Shown here: positions 27,830 through 37,106 of the stretch, piece by piece
How positions within the stretch are numbered: position 1 is the stretch's first letter
Layout: every line of letters begins with the position of its first letter
DNA from: an uncultured Clostridia bacterium
GTDB taxonomy: Bacteria > Bacillota > Clostridia > Christensenellales > UBA1242
DNA: 64,000 nucleotides
NCBI GenBank assembly: GCA_934749845.1
Contig: CAKVHQ010000004.1
Span: 22,667 to 86,666 of the forward strand
Direction of reading: 5' to 3'
The notes under the pieces: model-generated
The model's input: only the letters and a program-made list of their open reading frames with translations
Databases searched by the model: none
Told to the model about the DNA's origin: nothing
Program-made: the position numbers and the translations under genes

Positions 27830-30800
27830 ATGGAAAATAAGCAGAGCAATTTTGTTCATCTTCATTTGCATACAGAATATAGTTTGCTAGATGGCGCAAT
27901 AAAAGTTAAGGATTTGATAAAAAAAGTTGAGAGCATGGGGCAAACCGCTGTTGCCGTAACAGACCATGGCAACATGCATGTTACGACCGAGTTTCTAGAC
28001 TCTCTTTCGGCATACAATAAAAAAATAGACGATTGGAACAGTAAGCCAGAAAACCAGGGTAATCAAAAAAATCACATAAAGGGGATTGTTGGTTGCGAGT
28101 TTTATGTTTCGCCAAACCTTAATATTAAGTCGGGCGGGCTAGATTATAGCCACCTTATTTTGCTTGCAAAAAACGAAGTTGGCTATCACACCTTGGCAAA
28201 ACTTAATGGTATTGCTTCGGTTGACGGATTTTATTATAAACCAAGAATAGACTACGAAACATTAAAAAAGTATCACGATGGTTTAATTTGCACGAACGCA
28301 TGTATTAGTGGCGACATCCCAAAACTAATTTTGGCTCGAAGATATGATGAAGCCGAAAAATTAGCCTTGGAAATGAAAGAAATGTTTGGCGATGACTTTT
28401 ATTTTGAAGTTCAAAACCACTTTATTCCAGAAGAATTAGAAGTTAGAACTCATCTTAAAGAAATGGGCGAAAAACTTGGAATAAAACTTATTGCAACCAA
28501 CGACTGTCACTACTTGAACAAAGAAGATAGCGAAGCGCAAGAAGTTTTAATGTGTATTAGCATGAAAAAAACCATGGACGACCCAACTCACATAAGATAT
28601 GGCGACCAATTTTATGTTAAAAGTGAACAAGAGATGTTGGAAGTTTTAAAAGGCTTTGAAGATGCTGTTCACAACACGATGGAAATTGCTAATAAATGTG
28701 AAGAGTTTTATTTGCATAAAGACCCTTCGCTAATTCCGCTATACAAAGCACCAGATGGCAAAACTTCTCGTGAGTATGTTAGAGAACTTGCCACAAATGG
28801 TGTTTACGCAAAGTATAAAGAAGTAACTCCAGAAATAAAAGAGCGTTTGGAATACGAACTTGGAATTATCGACCGTATGGGCTTTAACGATTACTTCTTG
28901 GTTGTTTGGGATTACATAAATTATGCCGAAAGTGTTGGCATAGCCGTTGGCCCAGGTCGTGGAAGCGGTGCGGGTAGTATTGTTGCTTATGGTATGGGCA
29001 TTACAAAACTAGACCCACTTAAATATAGTTTGTTCTTTGAACGCTTTTTGAACCCAGAAAGAGTTTCTATGCCCGACTTTGATATCGACTTTGAGCCGGA
29101 AAGAACAGAAGAAGTTATTCAATATGTTACCGAAAAGTATGGTCACGACAAGGTTTGTCGAATTGTAACTTTTGGTAGGCTAAAAGCCAAAGCGGTTATT
29201 AAAGATGTTGCCAGAGTGTTTAGAATGCCATACGCTCAAAGTGACGAAATAACCAAACTTATCGACACAGTTGGAATGTTCGACCATGAAACATTAAAAT
29301 ATGTGTTTGGTCTTGCAGATAAAAGTAAGAAAAATGACGACCCAGAATTGCAAGCAAAATACGAAGACGACTTAAAATACGAAAACCCAGAACTTGTTGA
29401 AATGTATAACAATAATCCAAATGTTAAACGAGTTGTAGACATTGCAATTAAACTTGAAAACATGCCACGAAATTTGTCTGTGCATGCAGCAGGTGTTGTT
29501 ATTTGTAATAAGGTTCTTGACGAAAACATTCCTTTAACAAGAGTGGGCGACACCATTGTAACGCAATATAACATGATTGATGTTGAGCATTTAGGCTTTT
29601 TGAAAATGGACTTTTTGCGTGTTGAAACATTATCGGATATTATTGCAACCAAAAAGATTATTAAGCAAGTTCATAACATAGACATCGACTTTTACGATAT
29701 GGAGTACACCGATCCAAAAGTTTACGACCTTGTTTGTTCAAGTGATACCGATGCCGTGTTCCAGTTGGAAAGTGGTGGTTTTAAAAAGTTCTTAACCGAC
29801 CTTCAACCAAGGCGACTAGAAGATATCATTGCGGGAACAGCCCTTTTTAGACCCGGTCCTATGGATAGTATTCCTAAATATATTAAAAACAAAAATGACC
29901 CATCTAAAATTGATTATGGCATGGACTGCCTAAAACCAATTTTGGAACCTACCTATGGTATTATCGTTTATCAAGAGCAAGTTATGAACATTTTGCAAGA
30001 AATGGCAGGCTACTCACTTGGACAGGCGGATAATGTTCGTCGTATGATGGGTAAAAAGCAAATGGACAAAATGATTGCGGAACGCCATACTTTCCTTTAT
30101 GGTAGAGATGATGAAAAACACCCAATAGATGGTGCAATTAAGCGTGGCGCAAGTGAAGAATTTGCAAATCAAATTTTCGACCAAATGACCAGTTTTGCAT
30201 CGTACGCGTTTAACAAAGCACATGCTGCTGCCTACACTTTCATAACCTATCAAACAGCATATTTAAAAACATATTACCCAGTTGAGTTTTTAATTGGTGT
30301 GTTAAACAATCGTTTAAACAAACCAGAAGATATTGCAAAATACATTTTGTATGCAAAAGGTAAAGGCTATAGTGTTTATCCACCAGATGTAAACAAAAGT
30401 CAAAGTTTGTTCAGTTATGAAAATGGCGGAATACGCTTTGGTATTGGCGCTTTGAAAAATATGGGTATTGCAATTAGTGAAAAAATAATCGAAGAGAGAA
30501 AACTTAATGGCGATTATTTGGATATTAACGACTTGATTTCACGAACAAACAAATATGGTTTGAACAAAAAAGGAATTGAAGCGTTAATACTTTCTGGCTC
30601 GCTTGATGGGTTTAACAAACCAAGAAGTGTTTTAATGGAAGTTTACGAAAAAATTAGTGAAAGAGTGAATATGGACAAAAAGGCACAAAGCAACGGGCAA
30701 ATGAGTTTGTTTGGCAGTTTGATCCCAGCCTCTAACACAATTAACAAAATTGATTATCCAGTAAAGCCAGAATACGATGACAACACAAAACTTAAACTTG

Positions 30801-31498
30801 AAAAAGAAATTGTTGGCGTTTATGTTACAGGACATCCTCTTGACAAGTATATTAACAAATTTAATGGCTTTAACTTAAATGCCGAGATGATTCAAGAATA
30901 TATGGACTCTTTAAGCACTGACGAAGAAGGGGAAGAAGAGCAGTTTGACGAGACTAATGCAAATAATAGTGGATTGCAAGACGGCATGCAAGTTTCGTTT
31001 GGCGGAATGGTTAGCGAAATAAAAAAGCTTTACACCAAAAAAGACCAGAAAGAAATGGCAATAGTAAAGATTGAAGACTTGTATGGAACAATAGACGTCA
31101 TGCTTTTCCCAAAAGCATATTCAAAATTTAAGCATGTGCTTTATGAAGATGCAATAGGAACATTTACGGGAAAACTTTCAATAAGATATGGCGAGGCACC
31201 AACTGTTATGCTTGAGGGCTTTACTTCTTGGACAACCGAAGAAACCAAAGTTGAAGAGGAAGTGACAGAAGTTAAGGAAAAGCCAAAAACATTATATCTT
31301 CGTTTTGATACGCAAAATAAAGATTTATACAATCAAATATTGGAAGTTTTGGATAGCCATATTGGCTCAAGTGATGTTTACATCAAATGTTCTTCAACTG
31401 GCAAGGCCTATAAACTTACAAGCACGGTTAAGTACGACAACTTGCTTGAATACGAACTTTTGTCCTTGCTTGCACCACAAGATATAAAATATCAATAA
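27830..31498 (+). CDS. dnaE: DNA polymerase III alpha subunit (DnaE type)
   Basis: The PHP N-terminus reads FVHLHLHTEYSLLDG. The product is ~1222 aa from ATG 27830 and has a C-terminal OB region. Confidence 0.95.
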   Translation: MENKQSNFVHLHLHTEYSLLDGAIKVKDLIKKVESMGQTAVAVTDHGNMHVTTEFLDSLSAYNKKIDDWNSKPENQGNQKNHIKGIVGCEFYVSPNLNIKSGGLDYSHLILLAKNEVGYHTLAKLNGIASVDGFYYKPRIDYETLKKYHDGLICTNACISGDIPKLILARRYDEAEKLALEMKEMFGDDFYFEVQNHFIPEELEVRTHLKEMGEKLGIKLIATNDCHYLNKEDSEAQEVLMCISMKKTMDDPTHIRYGDQFYVKSEQEMLEVLKGFEDAVHNTMEIANKCEEFYLHKDPSLIPLYKAPDGKTSREYVRELATNGVYAKYKEVTPEIKERLEYELGIIDRMGFNDYFLVVWDYINYAESVGIAVGPGRGSGAGSIVAYGMGITKLDPLKYSLFFERFLNPERVSMPDFDIDFEPERTEEVIQYVTEKYGHDKVCRIVTFGRLKAKAVIKDVARVFRMPYAQSDEITKLIDTVGMFDHETLKYVFGLADKSKKNDDPELQAKYEDDLKYENPELVEMYNNNPNVKRVVDIAIKLENMPRNLSVHAAGVVICNKVLDENIPLTRVGDTIVTQYNMIDVEHLGFLKMDFLRVETLSDIIATKKIIKQVHNIDIDFYDMEYTDPKVYDLVCSSDTDAVFQLESGGFKKFLTDLQPRRLEDIIAGTALFRPGPMDSIPKYIKNKNDPSKIDYGMDCLKPILEPTYGIIVYQEQVMNILQEMAGYSLGQADNVRRMMGKKQMDKMIAERHTFLYGRDDEKHPIDGAIKRGASEEFANQIFDQMTSFASYAFNKAHAAAYTFITYQTAYLKTYYPVEFLIGVLNNRLNKPEDIAKYILYAKGKGYSVYPPDVNKSQSLFSYENGGIRFGIGALKNMGIAISEKIIEERKLNGDYLDINDLISRTNKYGLNKKGIEALILSGSLDGFNKPRSVLMEVYEKISERVNMDKKAQSNGQMSLFGSLIPASNTINKIDYPVKPEYDDNTKLKLEKEIVGVYVTGHPLDKYINKFNGFNLNAEMIQEYMDSLSTDEEGEEEQFDETNANNSGLQDGMQVSFGGMVSEIKKLYTKKDQKEMAIVKIEDLYGTIDVMLFPKAYSKFKHVLYEDAIGTFTGKLSIRYGEAPTVMLEGFTSWTTEETKVEEEVTEVKEKPKTLYLRFDTQNKDLYNQILEVLDSHIGSSDVYIKCSSTGKAYKLTSTVKYDNLLEYELLSLLAPQDIKYQ

Positions 31499-31523
31499 AA
31501 GCAGTTAAACACTGCTTTTTTCT
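31498..31523 (+). terminator. Intrinsic terminator after dnaE
   Basis: AGCAGT (31500-05) pairs with ACTGCT (31511-16), followed by a T-run. Confidence 0.75.
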
Positions 31524-31559
31524 TTTTAGAGTTTATTTGATATTGTTTTTTTAAATTTA

Positions 31560-31568
31560 TGATATACT
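31560..31568 (+). promoter_or_regulatory. Extended -10 box (TGaTATACT) 7 nt upstream of the ATG of the C1-peptidase gene (candidate leaderless transcript)
   Basis: TATACT lies at 31563-31568 and the ATG at 31576. No SD is present. Confidence 0.45.
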
Positions 31569-31575
31569 AATTAAT

Positions 31576-34500
31576 ATGAAAACTAAAGAAAATAAAATTT
31601 TAAAAGCAATAGTCTTTTCAATACTTGCAATTTTTGGATTGTTTAGTTTTGCGCTAATACTTCCAAAAAATAATGTGCAAGCGCAAGAAATCGAAAAGCC
31701 AGATATTTCTCAAGCGTCAGTTAACGATGACTATTTTTGTTTGAAAGATTACTATCGAATTGAAACAAGCAACCAAGACGGTTTTGGAACTTGTGCCTAT
31801 TTTTCTTATGTTAAGTCGTTTGAAACATTTTTGCAGAGAAAAACAGGCGAAAAATATGATTTTTCGGAAGCATGGTTAACATTATGCATGAAAAATTTAA
31901 CGCCTTCTTATGTTATTGGAAACGGCGTTCAGCCATATGACATAACAAGTGTTATTACAAGGCAAGGACTTTTGCTTGAAAGTGAGTTTCCTTATGATAA
32001 TCTTTATGCCTTGGACAGCACTAACTATGAGCAGGTTTACGAAATGTATGCCCCACTAGCACATAAGTATAATTTTGATAAATACAAATTTACTAAACTT
32101 TATGATTCATCATTGTCACAAGAAGAAAATATTATAAACTATAAGCAACATTTATTGATGAATGGCGGAATTAGTTCTAGTATCAACGATACCGAATTTA
32201 TTTATATAAATAATTATGCTTATTCTTATTCGGAAAAGACGCTTAATCATGCAATTACTGTTATTGGTTGGAACGATAATGTAAGTTTTAAAGATAAAAA
32301 TAATATAACTAGAAATGGTGCATTCATTGCTTTAAACAGTTGGGGAGAATTAAATAGCATAGTTCTTGTTGCCTACGATGACCCCAATTTACTAACACAT
32401 ATGTATGGTTTTGAATACAACTCAAATGTTAAGGACACAATAGACACTAATGATTTTGAAATTGTAAATTCAAATTCTAATGTAACAAACTATGTTAATC
32501 CTTCGTGCAACGATAAAGTTAATAGTCTAGGTAAATCAATTTTTCTAGACCAAAACATTTTTAATTATGGCGATAATATTAACATTACTTACGAATACAC
32601 AAATAAAGAAAATATCCAAAACATTTCGTTTAACACAAAAATTTTGAATAATAATGTGGATGTTTCATCACTTTTCAACATTACTAGTTTAAATAACAAA
32701 GTTACAATTTCATCAAAAAGTCCTATCGACAGTGGCGATTACACAGTATTGTTTGAAATTGATAATAATAATGATGGAGTGGTGGATAAAACATGTAAGC
32801 ACGAATTTTTTGTCTATTCTCAAGCAGAATTTTGTTATGTTCGTGCAGGAAAAAATACATCTGTTGAAACTTATCAAATGTTTAATAAAGTCCTTTCCAC
32901 CGAAAATAAAAACACAATATATGCTTTTTCTAAAAATTCATCAATTATTTCACTATGCTTTAATGACTACGCAAGAGTAAAATCAGTTCAATGTTTCGAC
33001 GACCTTATAATTTCAAATGGTCTTGAATATAAATATCGAGATTATAGTGAATATTCGCAATATTTTCCTTACTCAAACGGAAGATTTGATGTTGAACTTC
33101 CAGATTATAGCGAAAATAAACTTTATACTTTTAATTTGTATATTTACACTTATGATAACACAATAATTCAAGTTGAAATTAAATGGTATAATTTATCATC
33201 TAACGACAAAAGAGTTTATGTTTATCAAAACCCTAGCGACAACTACAACACTAACATAAACGACAAATATATCGTTGTTGGTGAGAACTTTTCTCAATTA
33301 AATTTATCTAATAAGAGCAGTGATTGGAAAAATAACTATTACTACTATTGGGATAAGGCGCAAACCCAATATGTTGATGACCAAAATTTCGACTCATTCA
33401 TAAAAAGTTCATTATGCGACAACTATAATGCTAAAAACAACTTAAAACTTTACACCGACTACGAAATGAACTATACATTTATTTATCCTATGGTAACTAA
33501 TCAACTAATGTTTTGTTATGAAGATGTTGATTTAGGCTCTAAATTTCAATATGGCGAACAAATGAATGTTAAAATTCCACAACCAGTGAATGTTTCAAAC
33601 TATTCATTAAGCATTATAAACGATAACTTCCCACAAGGAGTGTCTTGTGACCCTTACACATTTTGCCTAGTTGGAACTCCAAAACAAACAGGAAATTTTT
33701 CTTTTGATGTTTCTTGCGTGGATAAATATAATAACGACCTAAAAACCATTCATGTAACTTTCACTGTTAGAAAAAAATATGTGGTTTACACGGTCGATTA
33801 TAAAAACAGTGAATATGGCGAAGAACTTGTTCCTTTAACATATAACATTCTGTTTGATGAAATTGATAAAGACGACGCAAAGATAAAACTTTCTAGCCAA
33901 GCCGATAAATTTACGATTGGGAATTATGAAATTAGTGGCGAAGTGCAAAACCATAACTATATTGGAATTTATAAGTATTTTTTCTCCAAGCCATACTATA
34001 AAGTTGCTCCACGCACGATAAAGTATAATTTAAGTGGTTACAGCGAGCAATACGATGGCAATGAACATGGAGTTTCGTTGCGACTAACAAGTGCTTTCGA
34101 TTGCATGGTCGAGTACTCACTTGATAACACTAATTTTTCAACAAGTGAAATTAAGTTTAAAAATTACACTCCAAAAACAAAAATTTATGTTAAAATCAGT
34201 GCAGAAAATTCAACCACGGTTAACACAAGCGAATATGTTGAAATTTTAAAACGAAAATTAACAATCAATAATTTAGAAAATCAATTTTTCTATGATGGAA
34301 AAACTCATGCACCAAAGTTTAATTTGGGAAATGTTGTTGAAGGAGATGATGTTGGTTTAACAGTCGGCGAAGGGGCAAAAGAGATTGGCGACTATGTTGT
34401 TCCATTAAGTGTGTCAAATCAAAACTATGAAATAGATGAGCAAATTTCGTTAAAAATTAAAAAAGCAATTCCACAATATAAAAAACAACTAAAAGTTAAG

Positions 34501-34782
34501 GTTGACAATTCAATTAAGTGGTTAAGAGATATAGAACTTCCACAAGGCTATGAATTTGTTAACTCTAACCAATCTTTAGAATTTAATAAAAAATATGCTG
34601 GCATATATGTTCCAACAGATACTGAGCATTACGAGATAATGAATGTTGAAATTATCGTTGAATACAATCACGGAAAATTGGCGGGAATTATATTCTTGAT
34701 TTCAATTTCTATAATAATTCCATGTGTAGTTGTAATATTAGTAAAAGCAAAAAAAAGAGCAAAAGGCATAAATAAACAATAA
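31576..34782 (+). CDS. Large secreted, C-terminally membrane-anchored protein: N-terminal papain-like (C1) cysteine peptidase domain plus Ig-like/MBG-type repeats
   Basis: A signal peptide is present. The catalytic contexts are QDGFGTCAYFS (Cys), LNHAITVIGWND (His) and ALNSWGE (Asn). YDG/GDY..NY repeats occur in the C-terminal third. The C-terminal TM segment LAGIIFLISISIIIPCVVVILV is followed by KAKKRAK. Confidence 0.75.
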   Translation: MKTKENKILKAIVFSILAIFGLFSFALILPKNNVQAQEIEKPDISQASVNDDYFCLKDYYRIETSNQDGFGTCAYFSYVKSFETFLQRKTGEKYDFSEAWLTLCMKNLTPSYVIGNGVQPYDITSVITRQGLLLESEFPYDNLYALDSTNYEQVYEMYAPLAHKYNFDKYKFTKLYDSSLSQEENIINYKQHLLMNGGISSSINDTEFIYINNYAYSYSEKTLNHAITVIGWNDNVSFKDKNNITRNGAFIALNSWGELNSIVLVAYDDPNLLTHMYGFEYNSNVKDTIDTNDFEIVNSNSNVTNYVNPSCNDKVNSLGKSIFLDQNIFNYGDNINITYEYTNKENIQNISFNTKILNNNVDVSSLFNITSLNNKVTISSKSPIDSGDYTVLFEIDNNNDGVVDKTCKHEFFVYSQAEFCYVRAGKNTSVETYQMFNKVLSTENKNTIYAFSKNSSIISLCFNDYARVKSVQCFDDLIISNGLEYKYRDYSEYSQYFPYSNGRFDVELPDYSENKLYTFNLYIYTYDNTIIQVEIKWYNLSSNDKRVYVYQNPSDNYNTNINDKYIVVGENFSQLNLSNKSSDWKNNYYYYWDKAQTQYVDDQNFDSFIKSSLCDNYNAKNNLKLYTDYEMNYTFIYPMVTNQLMFCYEDVDLGSKFQYGEQMNVKIPQPVNVSNYSLSIINDNFPQGVSCDPYTFCLVGTPKQTGNFSFDVSCVDKYNNDLKTIHVTFTVRKKYVVYTVDYKNSEYGEELVPLTYNILFDEIDKDDAKIKLSSQADKFTIGNYEISGEVQNHNYIGIYKYFFSKPYYKVAPRTIKYNLSGYSEQYDGNEHGVSLRLTSAFDCMVEYSLDNTNFSTSEIKFKNYTPKTKIYVKISAENSTTVNTSEYVEILKRKLTINNLENQFFYDGKTHAPKFNLGNVVEGDDVGLTVGEGAKEIGDYVVPLSVSNQNYEIDEQISLKIKKAIPQYKKQLKVKVDNSIKWLRDIELPQGYEFVNSNQSLEFNKKYAGIYVPTDTEHYEIMNVEIIVEYNHGKLAGIIFLISISIIIPCVVVILVKAKKRAKGINKQ

Positions 34783-34808
34783 AAAAACAGCAAATTTGCT
34801 GTTTTTTT
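34781..34808. terminator. Bidirectional intrinsic terminator
   Basis: The perfect palindrome ACAGCAAATTTGCTGT is flanked by an A-run and a T-run. Confidence 0.8.
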
Positions 34809-35187
34809 AAATGTTTGCGTGATTTCTTCCAACATTATATGAATTTTCTTGTGAAGTCTCATCGCTTTGGTCTGTGTTACTTTCTTTCACTTCTTGCTGG
34901 GCATTTTCTTGTTCAACTTCTCTTAAAACCTGTTCTTGTTTTGCGTGCTTATCATACATAACTCTTTCGTCGTGTTTTAGTTTTTTAGCGTTTAATCTTC
35001 CTTTGTTTTTTATTACGCTGTAAACAAGCCAACAAGCACACACCCCAACAAATATATAAACCATTCGGCTAAAAATGCTTCCTTGGTAGCCAAATAGTCC
35101 CGCAACTAAATCGTATTGAAACATGCCAATCGACAGCCAGTTCATTGCTCCAAAAATCACAACAATAAATGCAATTATGCTAACCAT
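34807..35187 (-). CDS. DUF378-family small membrane protein with a ~55-aa charged C-terminal extension
   Basis: The N-terminal 70 aa (GAMNWLSIGMFQYDLVAGLFG) match the DUF378 pattern as I remember it. An AAGGAGA SD lies upstream. Confidence 0.65.
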   Translation of the reverse strand: MVSIIAFIVVIFGAMNWLSIGMFQYDLVAGLFGYQGSIFSRMVYIFVGVCACWLVYSVIKNKGRLNAKKLKHDERVMYDKHAKQEQVLREVEQENAQQEVKESNTDQSDETSQENSYNVGRNHANI

Positions 35188-35261
35188 ATTTATTTCTCCT
35201 TTCTACATTATTTACTTTTCGCAATATAAGAAAAATAATTCAAAAAAAATAAAATTGAGTA

Positions 35262-35290
35262 TTGACTTTTGAAGTTAAATAAAATATAAT
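35262..35290 (+). promoter_or_regulatory. Consensus-like sigma-A promoter (TTGACT-17-TATAAT)
   Basis: TTGACT lies at 35262-67 and TATAAT at 35285-90. It shares a 16-mer with the promoter at 1899. Confidence 0.65.
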
Positions 35291-35325
35291 TTAAGCAATT
35301 AAAAAAGTAGGAGATGTTTTATATT

Positions 35326-36402
35326 ATGTTTGGAAAATTTAAATTAGATTTAACAACAAAAGAAGGAATTGAAAAACTTGAAACTGTTAAGACATTTGCT
35401 AAAAGAAAATCACTTGTAAAAAGAAATCCTGATGTTGTTTTGTATGCAGGTAAATGGTGGAGCAAAGATAAAGAAGAATTTGATAAACTTGTTAACTTGG
35501 CTTTGCAACTTAAACCTGAAATTATTGTAAATTTTAAAGGAAAAGACGGCTTGGTTTTGTCTTACGACTATGTTAAAACAGCAGTTTTGGCAGACCCAAT
35601 GGTAATTGCAAAAATGAACGATGAATTAAGAGATTATATTGATGAAAAATTGTTCGTTCGTGCTTTTTCAAGAAATCCTTTGGTTTTGAGCATTCAAGGC
35701 TTGAAAGTTTTAAACAAACGCTTTGTTAGAACAATAGAAGTTATGGAAGATGGAAAACCTGTTACTAAAAAAATCACAACTTCATTAAGAACAGAATGCT
35801 TAAAGGCAATTAGATTAAGCGAAGGTATTTCTAAATATCACGAAGGTTACGATGATATTGCAAAAATTTTTGCAGACCTATTAAAAACTTCAAAACAATA
35901 TCAAAGCAAAAAGTATAGCACAGAGTTGTTGCAAAATTACGCAACACTTATGAATGCAATGATTAAAAAGAAAAATCAAAAGTTAAGAGCAGTTTCTGCT
36001 GACGCATGGCTTGTTAATAATGGTAAGCCAATGTATAAAGCAATTAGAGTATCAGCAAAAAAAGATAGTGAACTTGAAGGCTTAATTACAGATATGCCAA
36101 CAGAAATGCTCCCTGAAAAAATTGTTAAAAGACTAATTATAACAGCAATAAAAGTAAATCCAGAATACTATTTGAAATTGGAAGAATATGGCTTCGGTCA
36201 CTACAAAGACGATAACACAGTAAAATACAACTTGTACAAATCACTTAAAAAACATGGAATGCTTAAAAGGGCTAGCGAGTTCATGGATGAAAAATCAATC
36301 CAAAGAGCACAAAACAAAATGGCAGGACTTGCAAAAAGACCTCCACGCAAACCAATGCTTCCTTCTGTAATCGAAAAAGAAGACGAAGAAAAATTATTCT
36401 AA
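35326..36402 (+). CDS. Hypothetical basic (K-rich) protein, ~358 aa, monocistronic
   Basis: ATG 35326 lies a workable distance behind the AGGAG SD, whereas ATG 35314 abuts the SD. The gene has its own promoter and terminator. I recognise no motif. Confidence 0.55.
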   Translation: MFGKFKLDLTTKEGIEKLETVKTFAKRKSLVKRNPDVVLYAGKWWSKDKEEFDKLVNLALQLKPEIIVNFKGKDGLVLSYDYVKTAVLADPMVIAKMNDELRDYIDEKLFVRAFSRNPLVLSIQGLKVLNKRFVRTIEVMEDGKPVTKKITTSLRTECLKAIRLSEGISKYHEGYDDIAKIFADLLKTSKQYQSKKYSTELLQNYATLMNAMIKKKNQKLRAVSADAWLVNNGKPMYKAIRVSAKKDSELEGLITDMPTEMLPEKIVKRLIITAIKVNPEYYLKLEEYGFGHYKDDNTVKYNLYKSLKKHGMLKRASEFMDEKSIQRAQNKMAGLAKRPPRKPMLPSVIEKEDEEKLF

Positions 36403-36425
36403 TTAAAACTAAAAATATTCTAAAA

Positions 36426-36450
36426 AACTCGCTTAATTGGTGAGTTTTTT
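36426..36450 (+). terminator. Intrinsic terminator
   Basis: ACTCGC pairs with GGTGAGT (one G-U pair), followed by a T-run. Confidence 0.6.
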
Positions 36451-36452
36451 AG

Positions 36453-36481
36453 TTGACAAGCATATAATAAATAAGTATAAT
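36453..36481 (+). promoter_or_regulatory. Perfect consensus sigma-A promoter (TTGACA-17-TATAAT) of greA
   Basis: TTGACA lies at 36453-58 and TATAAT at 36476-81. Confidence 0.7.
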
Positions 36482-36500
36482 TCAATATCAATTATTGAAT

Positions 36501-36524
36501 TGCATTTTATAATGCACTTTTTTT
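36501..36524 (+). promoter_or_regulatory. Small terminator-like hairpin plus U7 inside the greA 5' leader
   Basis: TGCATT (36501-06) pairs with AATGCA (36511-16), followed by T7 (36518-24), between the promoter and the SD. Confidence 0.35.
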
Positions 36525-36542
36525 AATGATAAGGAGACCATT

Positions 36543-37013
36543 ATGGAAGAAATTTTTATAACAAAAGAAGGTTTAGAAAAAATCAAGGCTGAACTTGAAA
36601 GAATGAAAACCGTTGAGAGAATAGAAGTTCAAAAAATGATTGGCGAAGCAAAAAGTTACGGCGATTTGTCTGAAAATAGTGAGTATGATGCTGCTAAAAC
36701 AAGAGAAGCTCAACTTGAAACAAAAATTATTGAACTTGAAAATAAAATTAAATTTGCAAAGGTTATTTCGGAAGACGAACTTTCAACACACATTGTTAAT
36801 GTTGGTTCTGTTGTTAAACTTTACGATGAAGAGTTTGATGAAGAAGTTGAATATAAAATTGTTGGCGAAGATGAAAGTGACCCATTAAATGGTAAAATTT
36901 CAAACACAAGCCCAGTTGGAAAAGCAATTTTAGGAAGAAAAGTTAATGATGTTGTGAAAGTTGAAACTCCGGGTGGAGAATGCGTTTACAAAATTCTTAA
37001 AATTGGCGTATAG
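36543..37013 (+). CDS. greA: Transcription elongation factor GreA
   Basis: The 156-aa product contains the motif GDLSENSEYDAAK and ends with ISNTSPVGKAILGRKVND. Confidence 0.95.
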   Translation: MEEIFITKEGLEKIKAELERMKTVERIEVQKMIGEAKSYGDLSENSEYDAAKTREAQLETKIIELENKIKFAKVISEDELSTHIVNVGSVVKLYDEEFDEEVEYKIVGEDESDPLNGKISNTSPVGKAILGRKVNDVVKVETPGGECVYKILKIGV

Positions 37014-37029
37014 TTTTCAAAAAATTATG

Positions 37030-37059
37030 ATGCAAGTTAATGTAACTTGCATTTTTTTT
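37030..37059 (+). terminator. Intrinsic terminator after greA
   Basis: ATGCAAGTTA pairs with TAACTTGCAT, followed by T8. Confidence 0.8.
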
Positions 37060-37106
37060 GTTTTGCCTAAACCTAATGATGTGCTAAAATTTATATGGAG
37101 AAAATT

